From assembly GCF_016433145.1 (NCBI RefSeq), contig NC_058130.1:245669658-245733657 (forward strand): DNA of 64,000 bases. Direction: 5' to 3'. Shown here one piece after another: positions 12,351 to 26,047 of the stretch. The position numbers were made by a program, and so were the translations under genes. The notes beneath the pieces were generated by a model. The model had not been told where the DNA came from and made no database searches. It worked only from the letters and a program-made list of their open reading frames with translations. Numbering within the stretch: position 1 is the first letter of the stretch; each line of letters begins with the position of its first letter. Source of the stretch: Gracilinanus agilis (lineage: Eukaryota).

Positions 12351-15034
12351 GTATATTATAGCAGAAAAGCTCTCATAGGTCATTTTAGTTAGGCCTATTT
12401 TCTACATTTACCAGACATACTCTCATGAGCTCCATCCTGTATGGAAGACTGACTTCATTACCTATTCCAACCCCAAGAACTGATGGAAATACAATGGATA
12501 AGGGGTTTCTCAAGTCAATTCAGAACTCTAAGAAATCTATGCAATTAGTACTTTCTTTTACCTTTTTCACTTCTTCTGCGCAGTACTAAATAGATGTAAA
12601 CTAACACTACAATTCTGGATCATTCCCTCTTCTACATTCTTATTCCCTAAACTACATACCCAATCAACAGTTGCCCCCTGTCCTTCCCAGTGAACACTGA
12701 GGCTGATCTAATTCATGAGTCTTAATATTCTCTAGTAACAAAATCCACTCACCCCACCCTAGATTAACAGGTGCTTAACTTTGAAAAAGTGACATGTAAA
12801 TGGTCAGTTGAGAGAGGAAGGAAGGAAGGAAGGAAGGAAGGAAGGATCTTTCTGAAATAAAGGTTAATTTTATTCCCTAAATAAGTGCTTAAAATTGCAG
12901 CTCAGAAAAGATGGTTCTAAATTAGCCTCAAAAAGGGATGGGAGAGAAAAGACCAGGATCAATAAGTTGGATAGCTGTTTTTCAATTATGTCTTTCTGTA
13001 ATTATTACGTTAGAGTAAGGTCTCTCAATTTTTTCTCTTCTTGTCATTGCTGACTTTGCTGCATTTGGGACATATTTTTATTTACTTGTCTGGGAGTGAA
13101 TGGAAGGCTGAGCTCTAGAATATTTCTCATTTTACCACATTCCCAGGATTTCTAGACCTAATAAGCTTTGAAAAATATGTGCAAAGCTCTTTTGGGCATA
13201 AATCTTAAGACTTTCTTAGAGATATCAAAATTATATTTTATTAGTTCCTGTATTCCTTCTTCCTTTCCCCCTCCTGCTCCATTATAGTTTCCCTGCACAA
13301 TTAATCATTCTTTTCTTTCCAGTATCAGTTAAGCAACATAGTTCCTTAAATAAATATTACTCATGGTCTGATATCATTAGAAACTGATGATTTATTGAGA
13401 AAATCCTACTGTTTCCATTTTCTGAATTTAGTTTATTAAATCATGGTACTATGTGGGAAAAGTTTCAATGTGAAACTTCTTCTAATGTACAATGGAGGAA
13501 TAAATAAACAAAAAAATCTAACCTGATCTCTTCCTCTCTCCTCATCACCCTGTTATCATCTTCCTTCACCTCTATAATTGGTTTTGATGAAATTTCCCGA
13601 AAAACTCAATAACTTACATACCCCAAAGGTGACAGCAGTTAAACAACAATCTGGGAACTATTGGTTTCTTTAACTATATACTAGAGACTTTTAGGAGCCA
13701 TCCAAATAAAAGGGAGGTAGGAGGAACAGCCACAAGGGCCTCTCTAAAGATAAGGTAATCTACCTACAGACTGCTCTGTTCAAACAAGAAGAAAAGCAGA
13801 GAAACCCCAAGAGACCACCAGTTTCATTGCACTGCATTCACAAATCAGGTAAACAAAGGAACTGTGAACAAAAGGCTACTGGAAGAATGGCAACTCTCTG
13901 TTGCTCTCAACTGAAAAGCAAATGTAAGCTTTTATCACTGACTAATGAATATCCTGGGATAAAACCAGGCAGTTGGCCAAGTCCTAAAAATTTTTATAAA
14001 AAACAGCAAGCTAACACTTTTCTTAATAGAACTAGACTATGGGAGCACTAATGGTCAAAAAGGTGTCTAGGTTTTCATCTTTAAAGATCCCAGTTTCAAG
14101 AGCAACATATTTAGCTCCCAGGAAGTCACTGGTCTGCCTGGTAAAAAACAAGCTCAATTCTGTGCTCTACAGGAATTTGAGATGCCTCATTTATCAGTTC
14201 TTTTACTTGTCTGTATTGTATTTCTCTTTAAATATTGCCTATATTTTGAATTTCTATTTGGGAGGACCACCAAAAACATGACTATTTCCAATTCTGTTTT
14301 CTGTACAAGTAAGAATAGTGTCCTGAAAACTGAGGTAAACATAACTTACTTATAGTCTTATTTTCCCAGGGAAAGACAGGAACAAAGAAGTAATTTATGT
14401 GAAGCCAGTCACAAAGTAAGTAATTGTCAGAGAAGGAAATAAGACCCAGGTCTCCTCATATGTCAGATGACCAGTCTCTCCCAAATGTCCTATGTGTTTG
14501 CAAGAAAAAGATTCATATTTGGTCCTAGACATCTAATAAACAGTTTACAAACAGCTGCACTTGGAATGTCAAAATCAAAGCTTCATCTGTGTAATGGGGG
14601 TAATCCAAATTCCCTAATTTTCTGAATGGGACACTTCCCAGGGAAATGAGTTTGTCCCTTTGGCTCTTCTGATTGGTCTTGTCCTTGGACTTCTTGCTAA
14701 AGGACATGAATGACCAAAAGTTCCTACTTGGTCTCCATGATCTCTGTCACCGGGGAGAGTTTCTAAAATGATTGGTGATTGAGCAGGAGAAGCCCCCCAC
14801 TTAGTTGGTTTTAAAAGGAGAAATAGCTTTTGCCCTCTTTCTCTTCCTCCTCACTACTCTCCAGTAGATTTCTTGATGGTGGGAGGAAGATTTTTTCTCC
14901 TCTCCCTCCCTCATAGCATGACTTCATCCTCATGCCTGGTGAACCTAAGACAGAATCTGAAGTCCTAGCTGCCTCTTCACTTTTTTAATCTACCAACTTT
15001 TATTCTGTGGCTGTTTTGTTCTTGTTCAATTGGG

Positions 15035-15262
15035 GCCAAACTCTTCGTGACCCCATTTGAGATTTTCTTGACAAAGATACTAGTGTGATATGACATTTCC
15101 TTCTCCAGATCATTTTTACAGATGAGGAAATTGAGGCAAACAGAGTTAAGTGACTTGTCCAGGGTTATACAGCTAGTAAATAAATGTCTGGTGCCAAATT
15201 TGTACTCGGGTCTTCCTGACTCCAGACCTGGCACTCTATCCACTATCTACCTACTTGCCCTT
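15035..15262 (-). mobile_element. MAR1-type core SINE
   Basis: 'ctcttcgtgaccccatttgagattttcttgacaaagatac...cattttacagatgaggaaattgaggcaaacagagttaagtgacttg'. Confidence 0.85.
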
Positions 15263-17229
15263 ATCAAAGCATCTACTATGTGCTAAGCCCTGGAGATGCA
15301 AAGAAACAATCTCTACTGTCATGAAGTTTACATTTCACAATTCAGCTGCCACTTGATGACACTAAGCTGCTTCTTCTGCTTTGTGTTTCCTTCCCTGAAC
15401 TCAAGTGGCTGAACAGTAATCCTGAGAGAGATGTTTCTTCTAGCCTTGGCAGGTACTACAGGTGTTCAAAAGGACAGTAGTTCATGGATGCTAACTGTCA
15501 TAGCTACTCTATAGAACTATACTGTTCTTGGAAGAGAAGATTGCTACTGTCAGGAGAATGAACCTTTTCCCTGGCTCACCAAGATCATCTGAACTTGAGT
15601 TTCTCTTCAAATAGTGCGGGCTGAGATGAAAATTATATCTCCAACAGTCCAGGAATTTTCCCTACCTCCTAGGACAAAATATTAGAAGGAATGGGTTACT
15701 GTTTTGTGCTCTAAGGATTCATCAAAGTGTACTTAAGTGTCCTGAACCTGATATCCACTACCTTTTTTATTAGGAACATTGTTAATCTCTCTTGGAATCC
15801 TTAGATATAACCTATACAAAGTTTGTTTTAAGAGATTTTCCCCTAGATTTCTGCTCTGCTCTGGGATGGAATCATAATGAGCTGGAGAGTAGGAGAAAAG
15901 CCTAATTCCCTCTCTTCACAGGTCAAGCCCACACTCAACGTAGACTGAAGGAATTTGGGGCCCAAAGCTGGCACCCATTTGTGGGACAGAGCATCAACAT
16001 AAGGATGACACATAATTTTATCTGCTTTGGGAAAGATTTACCAGAAGCAACCAGATGCAATCCCCTCTCCAATCTATAAGAAAGCTCTATCTGCTAGAAA
16101 ATACAACTTAAAATGTATAGTACATTTTGCACATACATTGTTTTTACAACTCCCTATGCTTGGTAGGGTAAATATTGGCATTGTATTTAACAAGATGAGA
16201 AAAGTAATGTTCAGTGATGCTAAGTAAACAAGATTGTTATTGTTCAGTTGTTTCAATCATGTCTGACTCTTTGTGACCTTATTTGGAGTTTTCTTGGCAA
16301 AGATAATGGAATGGTTTGCCATTTCCTTCTCCAGTTCTTTTTACAAATAAGGAACCTGAGGCAAATAGGGTTAAGTGACTTACCCAAGGTCTACATCTTT
16401 TACTCTACTTGCCAGGGATACATCTAGGACAGTGACGATGAATCTTTTAGAAACTGCATGCCGTCCTCCCTTCTCCCACCACTACCACCTTATCCCAGAC
16501 AGGGGAGGGAGGAAGTGCTCCCATTGGGCTGCTGGGCAGAGGAGTCGGGGAAGTGAGGAAAGTCCTCAGGTGCATGAAGAGAGGGAGGAGAGCAGCTCAG
16601 TTGAGTCCCTCTACCTTTCTAGTAAGGAACTCTGGTGGAAAATGGTGCTGTGCCTACAGAGAGGGTTCTCCATACTCTCTTTGGCTTGCATGCCATAGGT
16701 TCCATGGCATCCACCTGGATCCACCATGGATCCAGGAAGTGCCTAAGGTCAGATTCAGATGACTTCAGGCTAAGCACTGATTTAAAGGTTGTGGGGCAGG
16801 AATTTTAATCCAGCTCACCTCTCCCTAGTTCCATTATTCTTTTCACAAGAAATATAAATATATACAATACAATAAAATGCTTTTCAGGTTAAAAACCAAC
16901 TTAAGAGACTAAATGAAATGCTTCATTGGTACACAGCATAACTCAATAAATAAGCCAGAAATGATTATTTTGTTGTTGCTTTTTTTAATCATCTTCAGTA
17001 TTATCAAAGAAGCAACCTTTCTTTTCTAATTACATATGAATTGTTCTCTGCCAGAAGATAAGTAAATGTCTTTTTTGCATAAATGGGAAAGGAAAGGAAA
17101 GCTTATGAAATACTAATGTTTTGGATGAGTAATATAACTAGAATTTGTGGTCTTTATGAGAAGATATGGCTTGCCTTATGTTAATTTAAATATAAATAAA
17201 ATCTCTAATCTTTTCATCAACCCAAGGGT

Positions 17230-18230
17230 AATCATTCAATTTATAAGCATTTATTTAGTACTTATGTGCCAACTACTCCCATAAACACTAGGAAAACAAA
17301 GAGAAAAAAGATTTTCTGCACTCAAGGAGCTTATGTTCTAATGAGGGAAACAGAATGTTCATGAATCAGTGAATACAAGAAAAAGATCAAGTAGATGAAA
17401 GGTAACTTTGAGAGGAAGGCACTAGGAGATGGAAAGAGCCAGAAAACTACCTCAAAGAGACAGTAGTTGAACTGAGTCTTAAGAGGGAAAACATTCCTGA
17501 CATAGGAGACAACCAGTAGGCAGGCATTGAAAAATGGAAGTCAAACATAAGAAGTGAGGAATACAAGGTAGGCAAGTATTGCTGGACCACAGAATGTACA
17601 GAGGAAAGTAAAGTGTTAATAGACTAGAGAGGTTAGAAGAGTTCACATTGCAAAGAGTTTGAAATACCAAACAGGGTTTATATTTGATCCTAGAGATGAT
17701 AAAGAGGCATTAGAGCAGCTAGATGGTGCAATGGATACAATGCTCAGCCTGGAGTCAAGAAGTTCTGAATTTAAATCTGGCTTCAAAACCACTAGCTTGT
17801 AACCCTGGCCAAATCACTTAGCCCTATTTGATTTAGTTTCCTCATCTGTAAATGAGCTGGAAAAGGAAATGGCAAACAACTTCAGTATCTTTGCTAAGAA
17901 TACCCCAAAAAGAGGTCACAAAGAGGGCAGATATTACTGAAATGACTGAATGATGACAAATATCATTGACAAATGTCAGGGAAAATGTCAACAAATGAAC
18001 AATAGCCTTTATCGAGTTGGGAGGAGGGAGACTTAATATGATCAGATCTATGCTTTAGGAATAACATTTTTGGTAACTGTGGATTAGAGTGGAGAGACTT
18101 GAGGCAAAGTCTAATTAGAAGGGTACATTATAGTAGATCAAACTAGGAAGCTGAGTTGCCTGAACTGAGGTGATGGCTATGTGAATAGAGAGAAGGGAAT
18201 ACAAATTGTTAAAGAATAGAGAAAGCATTT
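17230..18230 (-). mobile_element. L2 3' region with a MAR1 SINE nested at ~17715-17950 (+)
   Basis: L2 tail 'cattcaatttataagcatttatttag' and purine-rich antisense L2 body. The nested SINE reads 'gaaaaggaaatggcaaacaacttcagtatctttgctaagaatacccc'. Confidence 0.75.
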
Positions 18231-19397
18231 AAAGGATTTGGAAGTCCCAGTATTTCTTATACCTTATGAATGGTGAGAATGGTATAGTACTTTCTCAATG
18301 TAGACCAAAGTTACCCTTCTTCTCTAAATTATTTCTAGCCTTGTCTTAAACTTCTGCTTTAGAAATGACTAAAAACTTGGATCAGCTCTATTTTTTAAAA
18401 AATCAAGAAGCTGAGTCATTAATCTTCAGCAGATAAACATTTACTCTAAGTTTAGAGGGCTTAGCTGAGGTGGGCATTGCAAGTAAATACCGTGTTCTAT
18501 AAATCCTTAAATATCTATAGGTAATAATTTGTGGAATTAGCAAACCCATGAACTTGCAACAAAGGGAATAATTTTGGAGACCCCACACTGACTTAGAGTT
18601 GTTCTCTTAAGGCCCCTTTTGTCACTACTTGCCTTTCCTCCAAGCCTTCCCCTTAACACATACCACACTAAATAAGGACTACTTGAGTGCTTGCTATAGA
18701 TATGAATAGGATCCACAATATGGCAACCCACCCAAGTTTTACAACTTCACCCTTAGATGAGTCACATAATTGTAGCAAGATTAGTGGAATCTAAATGAGA
18801 TTAAATACTTAAACAGAATTTAGAAGTGAGCTCTTGCACAAAACCCTATGATCAGAAATTTCTGGATGCCTCAAGGCTCTGGGGTCATGAAATCCATTCC
18901 TACTTTACCAAAAGACATTTTGCCAACATGTGGCCCCGAGTAAGGGTTTATTAAATTCTTGTTACTGTTGTATGAAACAATAGGGTCACATACCTCTTGT
19001 AGGACTTTGGTTGGTTTTCTAGCACAGAAAAACTAGTCTTTTGTAACTACAAAAGAAGAAGGTTAAAGAAAGTTAAAAGTCTAGAGACAAATCAGAGAAA
19101 AAATACTTCAGACTTAGAAAGTCACTATTTGTGAGGCAGGGTCAGGAGGCAGAAACTGCACAGAACTCTTGACAGCTGCCAGGTGAGAGAATTGGAGGAA
19201 CAAGATGAGTTATGAGAACCGTAAACCAGAGGAAGGCCTGGAGAGGAAGTGGAGAGAGAAGTACAAAGTAATGGTTTGTGACACAAAATAAGACAAGTCC
19301 ATATGAGGTTTGGAAAACCAATTTGACAATTTAAGGAGCAAAGTGCTTCCTCATGTCATTAACTTTGGACCACATCCTGCTTTTAAACACTATGGAA

Positions 19398-19616
19398 GGG
19401 GGCAGCCAGGTAGCTCAGTGGATTGAGAATCAGGCTTAGAGACGGGAGATCCTAGGTTCAAATCTGGCCTCAGACACTTCCCAGCTGTGTGACCTTGGGC
19501 AAGTCATTTGCCCCCCATTGCCTACCCTTACCACTCCTCTGCCTTGGAGCCAATACACAGTATTGACTACAAGAGGAAGGGAAGGTTTGTTTTTTTTTTT
19601 TAAATAAATAAATAAA
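19398..19616 (+). mobile_element. SINE1_Mdo-like SINE with TSD
   Basis: A and B boxes. TSD taaacacta(t/g)ggaa at 19384-19397 and 19617-19630 (13/14 match). Confidence 0.93.
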
Positions 19617-20041
19617 TAAACACTAGGGAAACCACTTCAGGAAAATGTGCAAAATGGCTGCCATTTTAAAATAGAGAAGAACAAGAAAAAAGAAAAACTA
19701 GGTTTATCTATTACCTATTGGACAATGAGAACCTTCCCTGATACACTGAATTTAAGAAGGAAAACTCTCCACTAAGGTCAGTGATTTGATTGATAGCAAC
19801 AGATTTCTAAGCAAATCAGATATTTGTAATAAGAATAATGACTTGACAAATCGTACAAAGTGTTTCTACAAACAGATCCAGAAAAGAAAGTGTCAAAAGC
19901 CTGAGGCACATTTAGGAAAATTATTACCACATCTGATATTCTGACATTATATATTCTTAATTGCCATAAAACTGCTAAAGCAGCACTGTGCCAAGACAAT
20001 CTTGGCTCCTAGGAAGTTCAGGAATAGTTCCCACTAACATG

Positions 20042-20459
20042 TGTAATGTTTACATATGTAGCTAGATTAGGGAGCCAGAGTAATTCCTACTCCTAATCAA
20101 AAGAGAAACGGTTAGATATGGGTACAACTTTTAACTAGAAATGAGCTGGGCTCTCTGAGAGTATTTCTACCTTTCAATTACTTTGATCAAGGATTTCTTT
20201 GACTGTCCCTATTTCTATGTTCTTCTGTTCTTTGGATATAATAACCATGTCTCTACAATATCAAGAAAAATGGAGGATTTGCTAAACTAGAGTACTACTA
20301 ATAATAATAATAGTTACAATAAAAGCAGATTAATACCCATGTGTTAGCTGAGGTCACCGGACCCTTTTCTCTGACTAACTAGATTAAAATACAAGACCTT
20401 CCCATCGAAAATAATCTGTGTAATTAATTCTGGCCCCATCCAGTGTTCAGGCCTCAACA
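20042..20459 (+). mobile_element. Possible solo LTR
   Basis: TGTAA...AACA ends with an internal AATAAA at ~20298. TSD not convincing. Confidence 0.35.
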
Positions 20460-21983
20460 TCTGAATCTGATTCATGTCTGCTTTGACTTGGCATTCAATT
20501 TTTCTTTAAACTTTTCAGGCTAATAAGATTTTACTACACAACAAAAAATATAAATTAATCATATCTAAAACAAGCTAAAAAAATTTTAGAGGTCCCAGCC
20601 CCTCTAGAGTTGACTCCAGTCAAAGTGCCAGAGTGGAATTAAAGACCCTTTCACATAGGATTCCTAAGAAGTCATGAAAATCAAACATCCAATAAGCCCG
20701 GATCTCTTCCAGTAATATATACAGTCATTTCTGACTTAAGAGAACCACCCCTGGTGTTGAAGCATCTCCAAGAAGGAAAAGAACTCAAGGCTTCTAGTGA
20801 AGCTCTCCTCTCCTGAATCAGAACAGTCCATATGACTCATATAAATCAGAGCTAGACCACAATCTGAATTTGTTCTTAAACATCAAATTGTTTCTAGGTT
20901 CCAAAACTGTCTCGACCAACAGTGCCCCAACCTTAAAACAACTAATTTCCTTTCATTTCTTCTCTATCTTAGAATAAAGTCTGTATGTTTCCTTTTTGCC
21001 CCACTGTGTGTGCTCAGCACTTCCTATTAAAGTAATTCTGAGATTGAAAAGAGAAAAAAAAAAAAGGTTCACCCTCCATTTCCACCTCCAAACATCTCAA
21101 CCAGTGACTATGGCTTGACAATGACTATTACCCCAAGGCTTAGAGAAACCTGAGAAAAAAAGCACTAGATACCCACAGGGAGAGTGGCAAGGCTAGTAGA
21201 GCTGTCCGTGATGACAGTGATGATCTGTACCAAGAGCTGACATTGGTAGCACTTTTAAATTTACAAAGCACCTTATAGACTTTGTCTTACTTGATCTTCA
21301 CAAGAGCAATGTGAGGTAGGTATGATGTTATCCCCATTTTACAAATGAGGAAGCTGATGTACAAAGAATTTGAGTGATTTACAAATGGTCAAATACCAGG
21401 ACAGTGTCAGAGATAGAATTCAAACCCAGATCTCCTGACTCGAAATCCAGGACTTTGTTTCTACTCTGCCACAGTGCCTTTTCACTAGAGATAATCTGAA
21501 TGTCGTGACTCCCACATTAGGCAGATTTTCTTTTCTGAATTATTCAGACAGCTATATATACATGGTTTGTACACTAAGCTCCCAGACTGGTTGATTAGTA
21601 GAAGAGAGACAACAGTTTGTAAGGAAGAAAGTAAACGAAACTACTCTATGCTTCATTCTTACCATCCATGAAAATAGCATGTTGGCATATAGCTAGAAAC
21701 TAAACTATGTGATCTCTCCAGGACATGGACCAATAGGCCCTATTTGAGCCCCATGGCTAACTATAACCTGTCATTCCTCTAGTAAAGAAGTAGATAGAGA
21801 GATAATTTGTGTAAAAAGAAAATTTTTACTTTATAACTGTACAAAGGCATAAGGCAAGAGAAAGGGCCAAGTCCAATGCCAGAGTTGGGCCACTAGGAAA
21901 CTAAAGCAGAAGCCCAACTCCATATTCCAGGGCTGTGAAAGAAAAAAGAAAAGGGAACAAGAAACTAGACATTCTATCTAGAG

Positions 21984-22175
21984 CAGTAATTACCAAACTT
22001 TTTTGGCCAACCGCCCCCTTTCCAGAAAAAATATTACTTAGCACCCCTGGAAATTATTTTTTTTAATTTTAATAGCAATTAATAGGAAAGATAAATGCAC
22101 CTGTGGCCATCACCACTTCCCTGGATCACTGCAGCACCCACCAGGGGGCGGTAGTGCCCACTTTGGGAATCACTG
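21984..22175. mobile_element. Non-autonomous hAT/Charlie-type MITE (192 bp)
   Basis: Imperfect TIRs (CAGTAATTACCAAAC vs CAGTGATTCCCAAAG, 12/15). 8-bp TSD atctagag/atctagaa. Confidence 0.9.
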
Positions 22176-22458
22176 ATCTAGAATTTTGGCATAGCATTAA
22201 GGATAGCTTCCAGGCTTCAGAGAGGACAACTTCAATCAGTGAATCAATATTGCAACATTTATATTGTCTGCTTTGTGACAGGCACAAATAAGTGGAAGGT
22301 CTTCACCTCCTCCAAGAGTACAAAAATTAGCAGTCTTGACTTGATTAAAATTTCCAATTCGGGAAAAGAATAAACAAACAAACAAACACACACACAAAAA
22401 TACATAAACACATACCAAAAAATAAAGAAATGTTAATGGATTAAGAGAGACCTAACAC

Positions 22459-22645
22459 GGGGGCAGCTGGGTAGCTCAGTAGATTGAGAGCCAGGCCTAG
22501 AGACGGGAGGTCCTAGGTTCAAATCTGGCCTCAGACACTTCCCAGCTGTGTGACCCTGGGCAAGTCACTTGACCCCCATTGCCCACCCTTACTACTCTTC
22601 CACCTATGAGCCAATACACAAAAGTTAAGGGTAAAAAAAAAAACA
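22459..22645 (+). mobile_element. SINE1_Mdo-like SINE (short-tail variant)
   Basis: A and B boxes, core domain, A tail. Flanking direct repeat agagagacctaaca at 22444-22457 and 22698-22711. Confidence 0.92.
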
Positions 22646-22649
22646 AAAC

Positions 22650-22653
<4 letters not shown>

Positions 22654-22704
<51 letters not shown>
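22654..22704. repeat. (GA)n microsatellite, ~25 units
   Basis: Perfect GA run between the SINE tail and the 3' TSD. Confidence 0.97.
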
Positions 22705-22707
<3 letters not shown>

Positions 22708-22719
22708 AACAGATAAAAC

Positions 22720-24830
22720 CAGAAGAAAACAACCCTATAATTTCAAATAGAGGCATGGGGGGAAAAAGCCCCAAAAGAATAACTTGGTCACAAGCACTCC
22801 AAAAGTGGATAAAAGAAATGAAATAAGAATTTTAAAATGAAATTTTAGCTCTCCGTGGGAAAAAAATTGTAAAGGGACTAAATAGCTTGGAATATCAGGA
22901 GATCCCCAAATGATAAAGTGATCAAAGGATATAAACAAAGAATTATCAAAAAAAGAATTGAAAACATAAGCAATCATATGAAAGAATACTCCAAATTACT
23001 AATAATAGAGAAATGCAAATCAAAATAACCTTGAGGCAAATGGCAAAGATAACAAAAAGATAGGAATAGGCTATGACAGAGTGGTTGTGGGAAGACAATT
23101 ACACTAGTGTATTGTTGGTGGAACTGTGAAGCAGTATAACCATTTTGGAAACTATGTGGAATTATGCAAATAGACATTAAAATGCACATACCTTTTGCCC
23201 CAGAGACTCCATTAATATGCTGATACCCCAAAGAGGCCATTGATAAGAAAGTCTCCACATATACCAAATATATATGTGTGTGTACATGTATATATATGAG
23301 TATGTATATATATGTTATATATGCATATGTATATATAAAAAATTTATGATAGAAAAGAATTGGAAACAAAGACATTCATATGGAGAACAAATTTTTGGAT
23401 ATAATAGAATATTACTAGGCTATAAGATATGAGAAATATGTTGAATAAAGAGAAGCTTAGAAAGATCTCCATGAACTGATAGTGAGTGAACACAGCCAAG
23501 AAAACTGTATACACAATAACAGCAGTGATGTAAATGGAAAGAACAACTACACACCAAAAAATTCAAAGTAGATATTGAAAAATTATAAAGAACAAACATA
23601 TTTCTTTGCCAAGAAGAAAAATAAAAGATGGTCATTGAATATTTTAAGTGCATAAAACAGAATGTGTAGAACAAATTTGAAAGTTATATGTTGAATTAAT
23701 AGGAAAAGCAAACTATATGTAATAAAGATTTGAAGTTTCATATGTAATTCTGTTTTTCTCTTCTACTTAATTTATGAAATGTTCATTTTATTTGGTGTTC
23801 TCTTAAGTTGGAAATCTTTTCAATAAAATGCTTTTGTTCACAAAAAATTGATGCAGTTAGAAGTCAACTAAAAAAATCTTTGAAGCAAAATTATCTGATA
23901 AGGTTCTGATATACGATGTTAATAAAATATTAATACAACATCTAAGAACAATGCGAAGTAGTGGAAACAGTCCTGGTGACAAACAAATCTAGATTCAAAT
24001 TTTGCCTCAGTTATTTACTAACCATGTGACTTTAACAACTCTGTATGCATCTGTGTCTCAGTTTCTTTATCTGTATAATGAGTGGTTTGGGTTTGACAGT
24101 CTCTAAAGTCTCTTCCATCTCTAAATCTACAATATGAGCTGGAATAATCAATAGCATAGTCTATGAGTTTGAGCAGTTCCCTAGTGAATTAATGGCTAAA
24201 GGACAGGAATAGGCATTTATCAAAAAAAGAATGCAATCTATCAACAACTAGATGAAAAAATGCTCCAAAAATAATAATATGATAGTAGATATGCACATTA
24301 AAACAACTTTTCACATCTGTCAAAGTGGCAAAGATGACAAAAAGTAGAATGGTAATTGTTGGAAGGTTTGTGGGAGAGCAGGGACAATAATACATTTTTA
24401 GAGAATTTATGGAAACAATATGCATCTATATATAAATATTCATTAAAACATGTATTTCTTTTAATCCAGAAATATCAACAACAGATATCATAGATACCAC
24501 ACACACAAAAAAGGACATATACTTGCCAAAAATATTTACAGCTGCCTTTTTTGTTGTGGCAAAGAACAAAAAACAAAGTGGGTGCCCATTAATTGGGAAA
24601 TAGTTGAACAATTTTTGTATAAATATAATGAAATACAGTGGTAGAAGAAATTACAAATATTACAGATTTAAATACTTGTGTTATGAAATGACAAATGAAA
24701 CAGATTCAGAGAAACTTAGAGTGATTTGTTTGAAATGAAAGAGAATTAAGTGAACAGAACTAGAATAATTTACATAATGATCCCAATTATGTAAAAGAAA
24801 ATTACTTTTAAAGATAATAATAATAATAAT
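22720..24830 (+). mobile_element. Two old L1 3' fragments (ORF2 C-terminus plus 3' UTR)
   Basis: 'agagaaatgcaaatcaaaataacc', 'ttgttggtggaactgtgaa' and 'gggtgcccattaattgggaaatagttgaacaa', typical L1 ORF2 C-terminal text occurring twice. Confidence 0.8.
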
Positions 24831-25179
24831 AATTAACATTAACAATCAGCGTTTATTATAGTGCTTTAAGATTTGAGATATACTTTACAGATACTTACAA
24901 AATATCTCATTTTAACCTCACAAAACCCTTAAAAGAGAAGTGTCCTTATCCCCATTTTATAGATGAAAAAAATTGGGACAAAGGCTAAGTGACATGACAG
25001 AGATGACCTATCTTATAAAAAACTGAAGCTAGATTTGAATTCAGGTCTTCCTATTTATCCTCTGTATAGCTTGTTTGAATATATTTGTTTACATGTGAGA
25101 TCTTTGAGGGCAAAGGCTGTCTTTTACCTTTTTTCAGATCCCCAACTCTTTGCACAATTAACCAAACACTAAGTACTCC

Positions 25180-25440
25180 AATAGGCCCTGCTTCCATGAC
25201 ATTTGGAATAAGTTGTTCTTCTCTACCCCTTTTGCCAGAGGAAGTCTTCATGTGTCTGGGTGGACACCTCTCTAACTCACCAACAGGTTTAAGGTCAGTC
25301 AGTTACCTTCCACCTGGTTTGCCTGTCTGACAAGACAATTTTATTGTCTTGGAGCCACCTGTGAGAGAGCTAGGCGGCAAATGGAGACCAAAGGAGGATG
25401 AGCAGCCCTGAAAAGGCCTACTCTTCCCTGAATATCCTTT
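25180..25440 (+). mobile_element. RTE 5' region fragment
   Basis: 'ggatgagcagccctgaaaagg...ctcttccctgaatatcc' is the reverse complement homologue of 6215-6280. Confidence 0.7.
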
Positions 25441-25816
25441 CACCCAGAATTCTGTATGATACATTGATCAATTCAGAAGGCTAAAAATCAAGCATTCCCC
25501 CCAGTTCATAGTGGAGAAATGATAGAATAGAGGCACAGACAACATTTTCAGACATAGTCAATATATGAATTTGTTTTGCATGACTATATTTATTTGCTCA
25601 AGGGGAAATTTCTACAAGGGACAGAGGAGAGGGCATTTACTAAGAAAACTGGAAATGAAAAAGGATGCAAGAAAAGAAAGAAAAGAGGATCTTTGGAGCA
25701 CAGTAAAAACATACTGATGAAAACAGAAAGCAGTTCAGAAAGGAACTCAAGCAGGGTTGATTTGCTACTACTGAAGTAAATAAAATATACGTTTATTTTC
25801 CAAAATAAACTATGTA

Positions 25817-26009
25817 GGGGCAGCTGGGTGGCTTAGTGGATTGAGAGCCAGGCCCAAAAATGGAAGGTCTTGGGTTCAATTCTGGCCTCAGACACCTCCT
25901 AGCTGTGTGACCCTGTGCAGGTCACTTGGTGCCCATTGCCTAGCCCTTGCCGCTGTTCTGCCTTGGAACCAATACACAGTAGTGAGCCTAAGATAGAAGA
26001 TAGGGTTTA

Positions 26010-26041
<32 letters not shown>

Positions 26042-26047
26042 TAAAAT
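25817..26047 (+). mobile_element. SINE1_Mdo-like SINE with (TAAAA)n tail and TSD
   Basis: Perfect 14-bp TSD aaataaactatgta at 25803-25816 and 26048-26061. Confidence 0.93.
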
